The position numbers and the translations under genes were made by a program. Below, one piece after another: positions 50,404-60,025 of a DNA stretch of 64,000 bases. The notes under the pieces were generated by a model. It was given only the letters and a program-made list of their open reading frames with translations, did not search any database and was not told the DNA's origin. Within the stretch, counting starts at the first letter, position 1; each line of letters opens with the position of its first letter. The DNA lies in assembly GCA_963843575.1 (NCBI GenBank), contig CAWJKZ010000011.1:96001-160000 (forward strand), written 5' to 3'. The DNA is from an uncultured Acidobacteriota bacterium. GTDB taxonomy: Bacteria > Acidobacteriota > UBA6911.

Positions 50404-52317
50404 TCATTGGGGCCGAACGTTCGGGCCGGTGGTCAGTTGGCGGCCGGCACGAAGTGAACCGATGCGCTCGCGCAATTCCCTGATCCGATCACGGTAAATC
50501 CCGGCAGCGTCCCTCGACTCCAGCGACCGCAATTCCCTTTCGGCCTCTGCGAACCTGTCCAATTCGATCAGCGCATGAGTTGTCAGGAGGGGTGTCTCAA
50601 GCAGTGCAGGCGCGAGTGCCCTCAGGCGGTCGAGGGTCGCCAAGCCAGCCGCGGCGTTGCCCCGTTGGATCTGCAGCGTTGCCAGGCTCTGGTAGGCTGG
50701 CCAGTAATCCGATCTGTAGGTGACGACCTGTCTGTAATGTGCCTCCGCCTCCTCGAATCTGCCTTGTATTACGAGGACGTTACCCAGGTTCTGATGAGCC
50801 TGCCAGAAAGCGGGGTCGAGCTTCAGGGTTCTGATGTAGTAGGAGCGGGCGTCATCGAATCTGCCGGCCGTCTGCTCCATCCAGCCCATGTTGTACAGCG
50901 CGCCGACGTGATCCGCCTGCAGTTCCAGAGTTTTCAGGAACTCCGTTTTGGCTGCGTCGCGGTCGACCCCCAATGTGGCCACGGCGAGATTGTAGTGGGC
51001 CCTCGGGCTCCAGGGAGCCTTGTCAACGGCGTCCTTCCACAGCCGGATGTCATCCCCCCATATGAAGGTTCGGCGATGGGAAAGCCCGGCATACCCCGCC
51101 AGCAAGATTACGACTGCAGCCGCCCACGCCGTGATAAGCGCAGGTCGGCGTGCGGCCCATGGTGCACAAATACGCCATCCGGCCCAGGCGAGCAGGGTGG
51201 AACCGGCCATCATCGGGAGATACAGTCGGTGCTCGAACATCAGATCGACGCTGGGAATGAACGAGGACGTCGGCAGCAGCAGTATCAGAAAAGCCGCAGC
51301 CAGAAAGGCAGCCAGAGGATCTTTCGACCTGAGCCTGACGATACCCACCACAACCGCCACCAGCAGGAGAGCGCTCGCGACGCCATAGACCGACAGCGGA
51401 GGGGCCGGCCGATAGGCGTGGTCGATCGAGAGCCCCCACGGCCAGGCGAGGAACCGCAAATAGAGCGCAAACACCTGGATCTGCGCAAGTACGTAGCTCC
51501 AAGCCTTCGTCATCAGTCGAAAGCCCACCGTCGATTCGCCACCCCGGTAGAGAATGAGCAGCATCCATGCCGCGGCGGCAGTTGCTGCAGTGGTGGACAG
51601 CACGATCGCGCGGTGCCTGCGGGTGAATGACCCCTGAAATGTCCGCCGACCCGCCAGGGAAGACCAGCCAAACGCGACCGCGACCAGCGGGAGTACAACT
51701 GCAGACTCCTTCGAGGCGACGGCCAGCAGGAAACTCACGGCCGCGACCGATACCAGAATCCTGCGCTTCCAGCCTTCGGCCGGCTCGAAGAGGGCCGCTG
51801 CGCAGATGAGCGCAAAGAAGCCGGCAAGGAGGACGGATCGCTGATACACGTAGTTCACGGCTTCGGATTGGATTGGGTGGAGGGCGAATATGCCGGCGGC
51901 TGCCAGCGACGGCCACCGCCCCGTCGGCTCGGAGGATGCCTGCGGGCGCTTAGCAAAGAGAAGCCGCGCCACCAGGTAAAGCAGAAGCACGTTGACGAGG
52001 TGAATTCCCAGGTTTGCGGCGTGGTATCCGGCCGGCTCCGTTCCGCCCAGCCGGTAGTTCCAGTGGAATGTCAAGTAGGTGAACTGGCGAAGTTGCGTTG
52101 GGTCGAGATCCTTGATCCAGGCCCGGGGATCGGTCACGCGCGCGCTCTGCAAGAACAGGCTGTCGTCAAAATGAAATGGAGCGGTCAGGGATCCCCAGTA
52201 CGTCCACGCGGTGATGGCCGCCAGAGCGGCCAGGCCGAAGTAAGAACCGACACTGTTGAGAGTTGCGCGTTTCGACGGTTGCGCGGATGTGCGGGTCAGT
52301 AATTGTGAGCGCACCAC
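50404..52317 (-). CDS. TMTC-like membrane glycosyltransferase with C-terminal TPR repeats
   Basis: FHFDD, FALHPIQSEAVNYV.QRS, SKESA, EHRLYLP, then TPR motifs. Confidence 0.85.
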   Translation of the reverse strand: MVRSQLLTRTSAQPSKRATLNSVGSYFGLAALAAITAWTYWGSLTAPFHFDDSLFLQSARVTDPRAWIKDLDPTQLRQFTYLTFHWNYRLGGTEPAGYHAANLGIHLVNVLLLYLVARLLFAKRPQASSEPTGRWPSLAAAGIFALHPIQSEAVNYVYQRSVLLAGFFALICAAALFEPAEGWKRRILVSVAAVSFLLAVASKESAVVLPLVAVAFGWSSLAGRRTFQGSFTRRHRAIVLSTTAATAAAAWMLLILYRGGESTVGFRLMTKAWSYVLAQIQVFALYLRFLAWPWGLSIDHAYRPAPPLSVYGVASALLLVAVVVGIVRLRSKDPLAAFLAAAFLILLLPTSSFIPSVDLMFEHRLYLPMMAGSTLLAWAGWRICAPWAARRPALITAWAAAVVILLAGYAGLSHRRTFIWGDDIRLWKDAVDKAPWSPRAHYNLAVATLGVDRDAAKTEFLKTLELQADHVGALYNMGWMEQTAGRFDDARSYYIRTLKLDPAFWQAHQNLGNVLVIQGRFEEAEAHYRQVVTYRSDYWPAYQSLATLQIQRGNAAAGLATLDRLRALAPALLETPLLTTHALIELDRFAEAERELRSLESRDAAGIYRDRIRELRERIGSLRAGRQLTTGPNVRPQ

Positions 52318-52680
52318 GTCCCCTTTCCTGCATCAGCTCGGCCCGCACCGCCTCCGATGGGAGCACACCGTAGCGCGGCCGTTCCACCCGTACTTTTCCG
52401 ACCAAGAGCAGCTGGGGGCTCCACCCCGAGGCCCCGTGCGCTGGTGGGATCGCCTGCTCACGAAGAATCACGCTTGTTGTAGGAAATCGCAGACGGATGG
52501 AAAAAACAAGCTGCAATTCTTTGAATCCGGCTCGAGTTTCCGGGGATCCTGCCTTCCGTCTTTCGACCAGACTGCTGTTCGATCGTCTTGGTGCCGTCCT
52601 CTTCGGATTTGGGGAATAAGGTGGATACATCGCAAGCGCCGTGGCATCCTTAACGCCTACACCTTTTAAGGAGGTACTTT

Positions 52681-52779
52681 ATGGCGAAGGGATTGATTCA
52701 GAAAAAGGCGGTCAAGAAGAAACCAGCCAAGACGGTAAAGCAAAAACGCGCTGCCAAGGTAGCCAAGAAGAAAGGTTAA
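52681..52779 (+). CDS. Small Lys-rich protein (32 aa), not in the ORF track
   Basis: RBS AAGGAGGT upstream; MAKGLIQKKAVKKKPAKTVKQKRAAKVAKKKG*. Confidence 0.75.
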   Translation: MAKGLIQKKAVKKKPAKTVKQKRAAKVAKKKG

Positions 52780-52795
52780 TGCCGGCTGCCTCAAG

Positions 52796-52852
52796 GACCC
52801 GGATAACACGGATGAACGCGGACAGATGACAGATCCGCGTTCAAATCCGCCC
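52796..52852. repeat. Family B repeat (short, degenerate)
   Basis: CACGGATGAACGCGGA...ATCCGCGTTCAAATCCGC. Confidence 0.65.
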
Positions 52853-52990
52853 GGTGGCCTGCTTGCGTCATTTCCATGGCTCCGGCCTGTTGCAGCCGAA
52901 AAAGAAGGCCGGGGCCGGAATTTTGTGATAATCCGCGTTTTTGAGCCGGAAAAGTGCCGGATGGCGCTCTCGATTGGCTGGACCCATGGC

Positions 52991-54257
52991 TCAGGTCCTG
53001 ACTGCACTGCATGCGGTGTCTGATCGTTGGGGCCCTATGCAACGGGTGGGATCGATTTTCAGCCAAAGCACTGCGCCCAGGCCGAGGACTGACGCCACGA
53101 CAATCAGCGGCAGATTGAAACCACCGGAGAGTGCTGCCAGGTAACCAAATGAGATCGAGAGAAGGAATGAACCTAGCTGCGCGGCCGTATTCATGGAGCC
53201 CGAGACTGTTCCCGCGTGCTTTCCGCCGACGTCCAGGCAGACCGCCCAGACGGCCGGTTGCTGGAAGGCAATGCCCGCGTAGCTCAATCCCAGCAGCGCC
53301 AGGGCCAACAGGTTGTTGGGTGTGAATGCAGCCGCCAACATGAAAAGAGCTGCGGCGGACAGACTCGCCATACCCGTCGCACGCCGGCCCCACTTCAATC
53401 CCAGCCTCTTCACCGTCAGGTCGCTCGCATATCCTCCGACAACCGTTGGCCAGGGCACCGAGCACGAAGGGCACTGTGGAAAGCAGGAGTTCGCTCTCCC
53501 CGAAGCCCCGGCCTTTGGCCAGATAAGTCGGAAGCCAGGAGATGAAGAAGTACATGCCATAGCAGTAGGTTAGTGCCAGTGTCATGAGCGCCCAGAGATT
53601 TCCATCCCGGAACAAGCCCCCCCATGGCAGCCGATCTCCATGCGGCATCGGGGCGATGCCGATCTCGTCCAGTTCCTGCCTCGTGATGGCAGGCTTGTCT
53701 CCGGGATTGTCCCGATACCAGAGATACCATACCGCGCACCATCCCATGCCAATCAAGCCGAAGAGGAAAAATGAGGTTCGCCAGCCGTAACGCATCTGGA
53801 TCGGGACGACCAGCAGGGGGGAAAGGGCGGCTCCCGCTTGGCTCGCCATCCAGACAATACCAAAGGCGCCGCCGCGCTCTGCCTGGGGAAACCAGCGTGA
53901 GATGCTCGTAGCGGTGGTGGGATAGGCTCCTGCCTCGCCCATGCCGAAACAGAAGCGGGTCAGGAGAAGGGAGTAGTAGTTCGAAACCGTCCCTGTGAGG
54001 CAGGTGAAGGCCGACCACCAGCAAACAATTCGCGTCAGCACTCGCCGGGCGCCGATCCGATCTCCCAGCGAACCACTCGGAATCTCAAATGCCCCATAGG
54101 CGATTGCGAATACGCCGACCACCCAACCCCAGGCCTGCAGACTGATGTTCAATTCCTCCTGCATTCGAGGACCTGCGACTGAGATGCAGACCCGATCGAG
54201 GTAGGTGATCGCGGAAAGCATCGAAAGGAGCACAAGGACGCGATGCCGCAATTTCAT
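52991..54257 (-). CDS. MFS transporter, anion:cation symporter (galactonate/glucarate-like); frameshift near 53440
   Basis: ITYLDRVCISVA, FEIPSG.LGDRIGARR, GEAGAYP, WLPTYL. The C-terminal half (GTVSGSMN) is in ORF 52991..53560. Confidence 0.85.
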
Positions 54258-54345
54258 GTGGCGATGATAGATTCAACGGGTTGCGCAAGTGAAGAGGATT
54301 CACCCCTCGCTGTACGGTATACAATATTGCGTGCTGGAGTGTGGC

Positions 54346-56220
54346 ATGACAAATCCCCTTCCTATCCGGCCCGGCGGCAGTTTCATTGCCTTTGACAAGA
54401 TTGAGATCAATGGTTCGATCCCCGAGCGCTTCGAACGACAGGTGCAGGTTTATTCCGGGAGACTCGCGATCCAGTTCGGGAATCATGCGCTGACATACGC
54501 GGACTTGAATGAGGCCGCTAACCGGATAGCACAAGCCCTCCTGTACCTATCCTCGCGGGAGCGGGAGACCATCGCGTTGCTGATTGAGCAGGGGGGTCTA
54601 CTCATAGCCGCGATCCTGGGAATCCTCAAGGCGGGCAGGATCTACGTCCCACTGGATCCGCAGCACCCCCGATCACGACTCGAATATATGCTCTCCGATG
54701 CCGAGCCAACCTGGATTTTGACGCACGACACCCATCTGGCATTGGCCGACGGATTGGCCCCGGAGGGTTGTAGAGTGCTCAATGTCGAGCGGCTCGACGC
54801 ATCGGGAATTGCCCGAAATCCTTCCCCTCAAGCCGGCCCGGATTCTCTCGCCTGCCTCTATTACACATCGGGATCCACCGGCCGGCCCAAAGGCGTCGTT
54901 GACAGCCACCGGAATGTCCTTCACAACATCATGCGATACACGAACGGGTTGTCTTTTTCCCCGGAGGACAGGTTTTCGCTCATTCAATCCTGCGGTTTCA
55001 GTGGTTGTGTCTCGACCATGTTCGGCGCACTGCTCAATGGGGCCTCGGTCTTTCCTTACGACCTGCAGAAAGCCGGATCCGCCGGGCTCAGCGATTGGGC
55101 GCGGCAAAGCGGAATAACGATCTATCACTCGGTCCCGGCCCTGTTCCGTGAGCTGGCGTGCGGCACGAGCCAGTTTCCCAGTGTTCGACTTATCCGCCTT
55201 GAAGGTGACCAGGCCTCGCGCAAGGACGTTGAGCTGTATCGCAGGCATTTCAGTCCGGAGTGTCTGCTTGTCAATGGGCTGGGTACCACCGAGACCGGAA
55301 TTGTCCGCCGCTTTGTTATCGACCACCGGACGACGGTGCCGGAGGGGCCTCTGCCGGTGGGATATGCCGTTGATGACATGATTGTCCTCGTTTTGGATGA
55401 AGAGGGCCGCCCGCTGGTGGACTGTGAAATAGGGGAAATTGCCGTCCAGAGCGAATATCTTGCCTCGGGCTATTGGCGCCGACCGGATCTGACTGCGGCA
55501 TGTTTCCGGCGAGATCCAGAAAATTCACGCGCGCGCATCTATCGGACGGGTGACCTGGGTCGCATGCGTTCGGATGGCTGCCTCGAGCACCTCGGTCGCA
55601 AGGACTTCCACGGAAAAATAAGGGGACAATGGGTTGAAATCGAGGCAGTCGAATCCGCGCTGCTCGACATGGGCGCCTTTAAGGACATAGCGGTTGTCAC
55701 ACGTCAGGACCCGGCCGAAGAAACGCGCCTCGTGGCTTACCTCGTGCCTGCCACCGATTTGCCCCCGACGGTGAGCGCCCTGCGGCGGGTTCTCGAACAG
55801 AAGCTACCCAGGCAGTCGATTCCCTCTTCCTACGTCTTGCTCGATGCCCTGCCGTTGAACGAACACCGGAAGCTGGACCGGAGCGCCCTTCCTCCGCCCG
55901 AGAGGACTCGGCCGTGCCTGAGCCAGCCATATGAAGCGCCTCACACTCCCCTGGAGCAGGTCGTTGCGGACATTTGGGTTGAGGTACTGCAACTGGACCG
56001 GGTGGGCATTCATGACAGTTTCTTTGACTTGGGCGGGGATTCACTGACGGCGGGACGAGTGCTGTCGCGGGTGCGCCTTTCGTTTTCTGTCGAATTGAGC
56101 CTGCGCCAGTTTTTCGATGCCCCGACCGTCCATCAAATGGCACTCGAGATTCAGGAAGTTCTTGTTGCGCCCGCCATCGTGCCACGGGCGCAAGGACCCC
56201 AAGATACCCCACCAAGTTGA
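54346..56220 (+). CDS. Stand-alone NRPS-like adenylation-thiolation (A-T) protein
   Basis: YTSGSTGRPKG, NGLGTTE, YRTGDLG, carrier motif FFDLGGDSL. Confidence 0.88.
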   Translation: MTNPLPIRPGGSFIAFDKIEINGSIPERFERQVQVYSGRLAIQFGNHALTYADLNEAANRIAQALLYLSSRERETIALLIEQGGLLIAAILGILKAGRIYVPLDPQHPRSRLEYMLSDAEPTWILTHDTHLALADGLAPEGCRVLNVERLDASGIARNPSPQAGPDSLACLYYTSGSTGRPKGVVDSHRNVLHNIMRYTNGLSFSPEDRFSLIQSCGFSGCVSTMFGALLNGASVFPYDLQKAGSAGLSDWARQSGITIYHSVPALFRELACGTSQFPSVRLIRLEGDQASRKDVELYRRHFSPECLLVNGLGTTETGIVRRFVIDHRTTVPEGPLPVGYAVDDMIVLVLDEEGRPLVDCEIGEIAVQSEYLASGYWRRPDLTAACFRRDPENSRARIYRTGDLGRMRSDGCLEHLGRKDFHGKIRGQWVEIEAVESALLDMGAFKDIAVVTRQDPAEETRLVAYLVPATDLPPTVSALRRVLEQKLPRQSIPSSYVLLDALPLNEHRKLDRSALPPPERTRPCLSQPYEAPHTPLEQVVADIWVEVLQLDRVGIHDSFFDLGGDSLTAGRVLSRVRLSFSVELSLRQFFDAPTVHQMALEIQEVLVAPAIVPRAQGPQDTPPS

Positions 56221-56260
56221 ACCGCGGCGGCGGCACAAGGGCCGCCAGCCAGGCCACGAG
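56165..56260 (-). mobile_element. Remnant of an IS91/ISCR-like (Y2) transposase C-terminus
   Basis: LAALVPPPRFNLVGYLGVLAPVARWR resembles the L.PPPRFNLVRYHGVLAP...WR motif of this family. Confidence 0.65.
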
Positions 56261-56413
56261 CGTCCACAGCCGGTTGAGGAAGTATGGGAAGTCTGCCGCC
56301 AGACCCCCGAAGGACCGGGGAGCTGCTCATGAGAGAGGCAACATCCACCGTGACCTGAAACCTGCCAACCTGTGCCTGTTCTGAGTTCTCTCCCGAGCTG
56401 TTGCCGGCTGCTT

Positions 56414-57676
56414 TCAAATCGTGCGCGCCAGACGTCGAATGACTTCGAGACAGGCCCGCGAAGCGTGGTAGGGGCCTCGCCAGGGACCGGCCTTTGTGCC
56501 GTCGATTTTTCCCTCGGGATCTATTGCCGCGTACCATTCACCGCACTCACGGTCCACGAAGTCATCGAGAATGAACTGTGCCTCGTGCTCGAACGCCTGC
56601 CAATATTTCAGCCGCCCCGTCAACTGGTAGGCGTTTAGAGTTCCGACAAGAGCCTCGGCCTGTTGCCACCATTCTTTGCGCTTCCTGTCGGCGGGGCCTG
56701 ACGCCGGCCCTTCCAGGAAGAGTCCGCCGCGCTGGTTGTCAAAGCCGTCGCGCAGCGCGTGATCCACCAACGCCAGGCAGGTTCGCTCGACCCTGGAATC
56801 CCGGCCACGCCCGACAAGCGCCGCGGCTTCAGGGACGAGCCAGCTCATCTCCATGTCGAGACCGTACACACACCGGATCGAATCGCCGTCTCGGTCGGCG
56901 GGCTGCCAATCGTCCGTGAAGTACAACCGGGCGTAGCCCTGCTCCAAGTCCACAACCCTTTCCACGAAGATATCCACCAATTCCTCAACGCGGGCGCGAA
57001 CGTCGGCTTCCCCGGTCACATCGTAAAGCGTGGCCAACGCCTCAAGGAGGCCGAGGTGCCAATCCGATGACTTTCGGCCGTGGGAGGCAACCAGGACCGG
57101 GTGAACCTCCTCGTCCGGCGCGACACATGACGAGGCGGTGGTTCCTGAATCGCGTTGGTAGTCCCGAATCGGCTGCCAGTCCTCGGTGAAGGCGACGTGG
57201 TAGCCCCCGTACACGCCATCGTGGGCGCGGCGGTCCATGACCTCAAACAGGTCCAGCGCTTCCTGGCGGGCCTGCGCGTCGTGGAACGCAAGCGCATACT
57301 CGGCCAGTCCCTCGAGCACATAGGACATCGGATTCAGAAGCTTCGTGCCGTCGAGCAGCCGACCTTGGCGGTCAACCAACCAGCAGTAGCCGCCCCGCTT
57401 CGCGTCCCACATCTTGGCGCGCAGGAACTTCAGGAGGTGCGTGGCCGCTTCCGCGTAAATGGGCTCGGGGTAGCGCCGGTAGACTTCGGCGAACGTCCAC
57501 AATAGTCGCCCCTGCTGCGCCACGGATTTGGTACCGGGAGGAACCGGGTTGCCTTGTCGGTCGAGCCAGCCCATGGCGCCGCCGTATTGACGGTCGATGC
57601 CGTGGTCAATCCAGAATTGCAGGACGCCGTGCAAGAGATTGTCGCGAAATTCCACCATCCAGTCGCGCTTCGGCAT
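56414..57676 (-). CDS. AGE family epimerase (cellobiose 2-epimerase-like)
   Basis: FW..HGIDRQYGG, QGRLLWTF, WHLGLLEA, KEWWQQAEA, WRGPYHASRAC. Confidence 0.85.
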   Translation of the reverse strand: MPKRDWMVEFRDNLLHGVLQFWIDHGIDRQYGGAMGWLDRQGNPVPPGTKSVAQQGRLLWTFAEVYRRYPEPIYAEAATHLLKFLRAKMWDAKRGGYCWLVDRQGRLLDGTKLLNPMSYVLEGLAEYALAFHDAQARQEALDLFEVMDRRAHDGVYGGYHVAFTEDWQPIRDYQRDSGTTASSCVAPDEEVHPVLVASHGRKSSDWHLGLLEALATLYDVTGEADVRARVEELVDIFVERVVDLEQGYARLYFTDDWQPADRDGDSIRCVYGLDMEMSWLVPEAAALVGRGRDSRVERTCLALVDHALRDGFDNQRGGLFLEGPASGPADRKRKEWWQQAEALVGTLNAYQLTGRLKYWQAFEHEAQFILDDFVDRECGEWYAAIDPEGKIDGTKAGPWRGPYHASRACLEVIRRLARTI

Positions 57677-57726
57677 ATGCCCTCGTGACTTGTGCCGGCA
57701 ATTGTACCACTCGCGTGAATCCGTCA

Positions 57727-58012
57727 AGCAGAACGCGGATCTTCGCGGATTTTACGGATTCACGCGGATCGGCCGCGCCCGGCATTCCTCCCCGAGGGCC
57801 GGCGCTTCGCGCCGAGGCATCAAAGCCCGGCTCCCGCAGGAAAGCGCGCGGTTGGAAGGATGCCGCTTCGATTCAAGGTCCACGTTTTCCTGCGGGAGCC
57901 GGGCTTTGATGCGTGCCAAAGGCAGCCCTCGGGGAGGAATGCCGGGCGCGGCCTGCCACCAGGCAGCAATCCGCGTGTATCCGCGTAGATCTGCGTCCTG
58001 GAAACGTTAGCG
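57727..58012. repeat. Family B repeat enclosing two nested perfect inverted repeats
   Basis: 29-bp IR at 57771-57799/57925-57953 and 27-bp IR at 57817-57843/57886-57912. Confidence 0.92.
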
Positions 58013-58517
58013 TGTTTCTGAACACGAGTACTTAGTGATGGTGCCGTGTCAGCGGTTGACAGTAAACCAGCCGGGCCTTAGGATACAGCCCAGTACCACG
58101 TGTGCCGCAATTTCGCATGCGCCGGGTCCTGGAGGATGCCCCTTCAGGAGGAATCCACGGTTGGTCGGGCCGCCATCCGAAGGATCATAGAGTGCCATAA
58201 GGGGTCGGTTGCACGACATCGAATACCGGCGCCGGGCAGATGCTCGAAAATGGTTTCTTTGGCTGGCTCGCCAGGCAGGTTCGCGGCGCGGTGCGATGTA
58301 ACGAGATTTCCGTTTCGCTTCTCTCCACCCCAACCTCATATCCCCTGAACGCTGCAGAGCGATCTCTCGCAGCTACTGGAGCTGCATGACGTATGCGGGA
58401 CTGCGAGCTGAGAGACGATGACACCATCGTCTTTGGGCAAGTGCCCGAAGGTATCTGCGCACCTCGTCCCCGCCAAGTAAGGGCGGCAGGCGAAGTTACT
58501 CCGGGTTCATTAAGAAC

Positions 58518-59759
58518 ATGAGCGAACGAGAAGCGTCCTGTGAAACGGCCCAGGGAAAAATCGTGAAGCCCTTGTCCCCGACTCCGCGGCCTATCTTTAT
58601 CATTGGTTCACCCCGGTCGGGAACCAGCATTCTCACATGGTGCCTGGGGCAGCACCCTGACATCCTACCTTTGGAGGAGGGCAACTGGCTGGACAAGTTT
58701 GCATTGGAGTTGGGATCGACCTACGAGTGTGGCACCAGGCGAGGGGAGCGGGCCCAACTCGCAGCGCTGGGAATCAGCCGCGATGAGTTTTACGAATCGT
58801 TCGGTTCCGCCATCAATGCTCTCATCCTGAGTTGCCGTGACCGATTGTATGAACGTGCGCATGCAAGCGCCGTGCTCGACCCGACCCAGATACACCCTTC
58901 ATTCAAGCTGACGCGAGAGACAGGCGAACCGAAACTCCGATGGACGGATGGGACGCCCGAATATTCCCTTTGCGTCTACGGGCTGCTCAAGCTTTTTCCA
59001 GAAGCCCGGTTCATTCACGTCGTTCGAGACGTCAAATCCGTGGTCAGATCGTTGGTGAGGTTTTCGTCGCAGGGGCAATCCATAGTCCGTAACGAGCGTG
59101 AAGCTTACGAATACTGGCTCAGGACGACCCGTGCGTGTGTAACCGCCGAGCAAGCACTTGGCCCAGGCCGGATTCGTCGGGTTCGCCACGTTGACCTGAT
59201 GAAAGATCCGGTGCGTACGTTTACAGGTCTCCTCGACTTTCTGGGCGAGCCATTCTGCCCGCGGTGTCTCGAACCGCTGGAAGTTCGCATCAACAGCTCG
59301 AAGGTTCCGCCGGAGTTCGATAGCCGTGACGGAACATCTCCGACAACTGTCCTGGAGGAGGCCGAGATTCTCAGCGACCGGCTCCAGCGAATGGAACAAC
59401 CGTCTCTTCCAGATTTGCGTAAGATGGCGGAGGTGGAAGACGCGTTCTGGGATCGGGTGCGGTACGTCGGAAGTCTGGATGCCGAACTCGACAGGAGTAT
59501 CGCGAACTACGTTGCCCTTGAGGAAGCCCTAGCCGACCGGACCGAGTGGGCACAGAAACTGGTCAGGGAAATAGCTGACCGTGACGAAACGATCCGCCGG
59601 TACCAGCATGAATTAGGGAAACGCACCATCAGATACGGCCTGTGGCGGTTTGGCCAGCTTCTGTCACGAAGACTTCGGCTCAGGCCCGATCCCGAGGGGG
59701 GTTCTCCGAACCATCCCTCCCGCCAATATTCGGAGAGTAGAGACACCCGGCCGCACTGA
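58518..59759 (+). CDS. Sulfotransferase family protein with C-terminal coiled coil
   Basis: PAPS-binding PIFIIGSPRSGTS; FPEARFIHVVRD...V..S. Confidence 0.88.
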   Translation: MSEREASCETAQGKIVKPLSPTPRPIFIIGSPRSGTSILTWCLGQHPDILPLEEGNWLDKFALELGSTYECGTRRGERAQLAALGISRDEFYESFGSAINALILSCRDRLYERAHASAVLDPTQIHPSFKLTRETGEPKLRWTDGTPEYSLCVYGLLKLFPEARFIHVVRDVKSVVRSLVRFSSQGQSIVRNEREAYEYWLRTTRACVTAEQALGPGRIRRVRHVDLMKDPVRTFTGLLDFLGEPFCPRCLEPLEVRINSSKVPPEFDSRDGTSPTTVLEEAEILSDRLQRMEQPSLPDLRKMAEVEDAFWDRVRYVGSLDAELDRSIANYVALEEALADRTEWAQKLVREIADRDETIRRYQHELGKRTIRYGLWRFGQLLSRRLRLRPDPEGGSPNHPSRQYSESRDTRPH

Positions 59760-59842
59760 TGCTCTGAATGCCCGGGGACGAATCTGCACAATTACAGCTG
59801 CAAACTACGTCCGGGCCGAAGAGGCTGTCCAACGGTTGATTG

Positions 59843-60006
59843 TGGAGTGCGGCGGCTCGACGGCTCGACGCCGCTTTGGTGGTGGCGCCTCGGCGCCACC
59901 AAAGGCCGAGGTCGCAGGGTCGCCTCTCGCAATTCGGCGTGGCGCCGAGGCGCCGGGCATTCCTGCCGTAGGACGAGTGAAAGCGACGCCGAGGCGCCGC
60001 ACTCCA
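59843..60006. repeat. Family D palindromic element with TGGAGTGCGGCG/CGCCGCACTCCA ends
   Basis: 12-bp terminal IR with internal GGCGCCTCGGCGCCA/TGGCGCCGAGGCGCC IR. Confidence 0.8.
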
Positions 60007-60025
60007 GATTCGTACGAGGTGATCC

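Noticed and set aside
23895-56220. A single NRPS assembly line
   Set aside because: The two A-domain genes are about 28 kb apart and there is no condensation domain.
56165-56330. Intact insertion sequence
   Set aside because: Only about 30 codons of transposase-like sequence remain and no ends are recognisable.
58030-58500. ncRNA or riboswitch upstream of the sulfotransferase (also 5530-5700 and 63240-63600)
   Set aside because: No known motif or convincing structure could be recognised by eye; an Rfam/Infernal scan would be needed.
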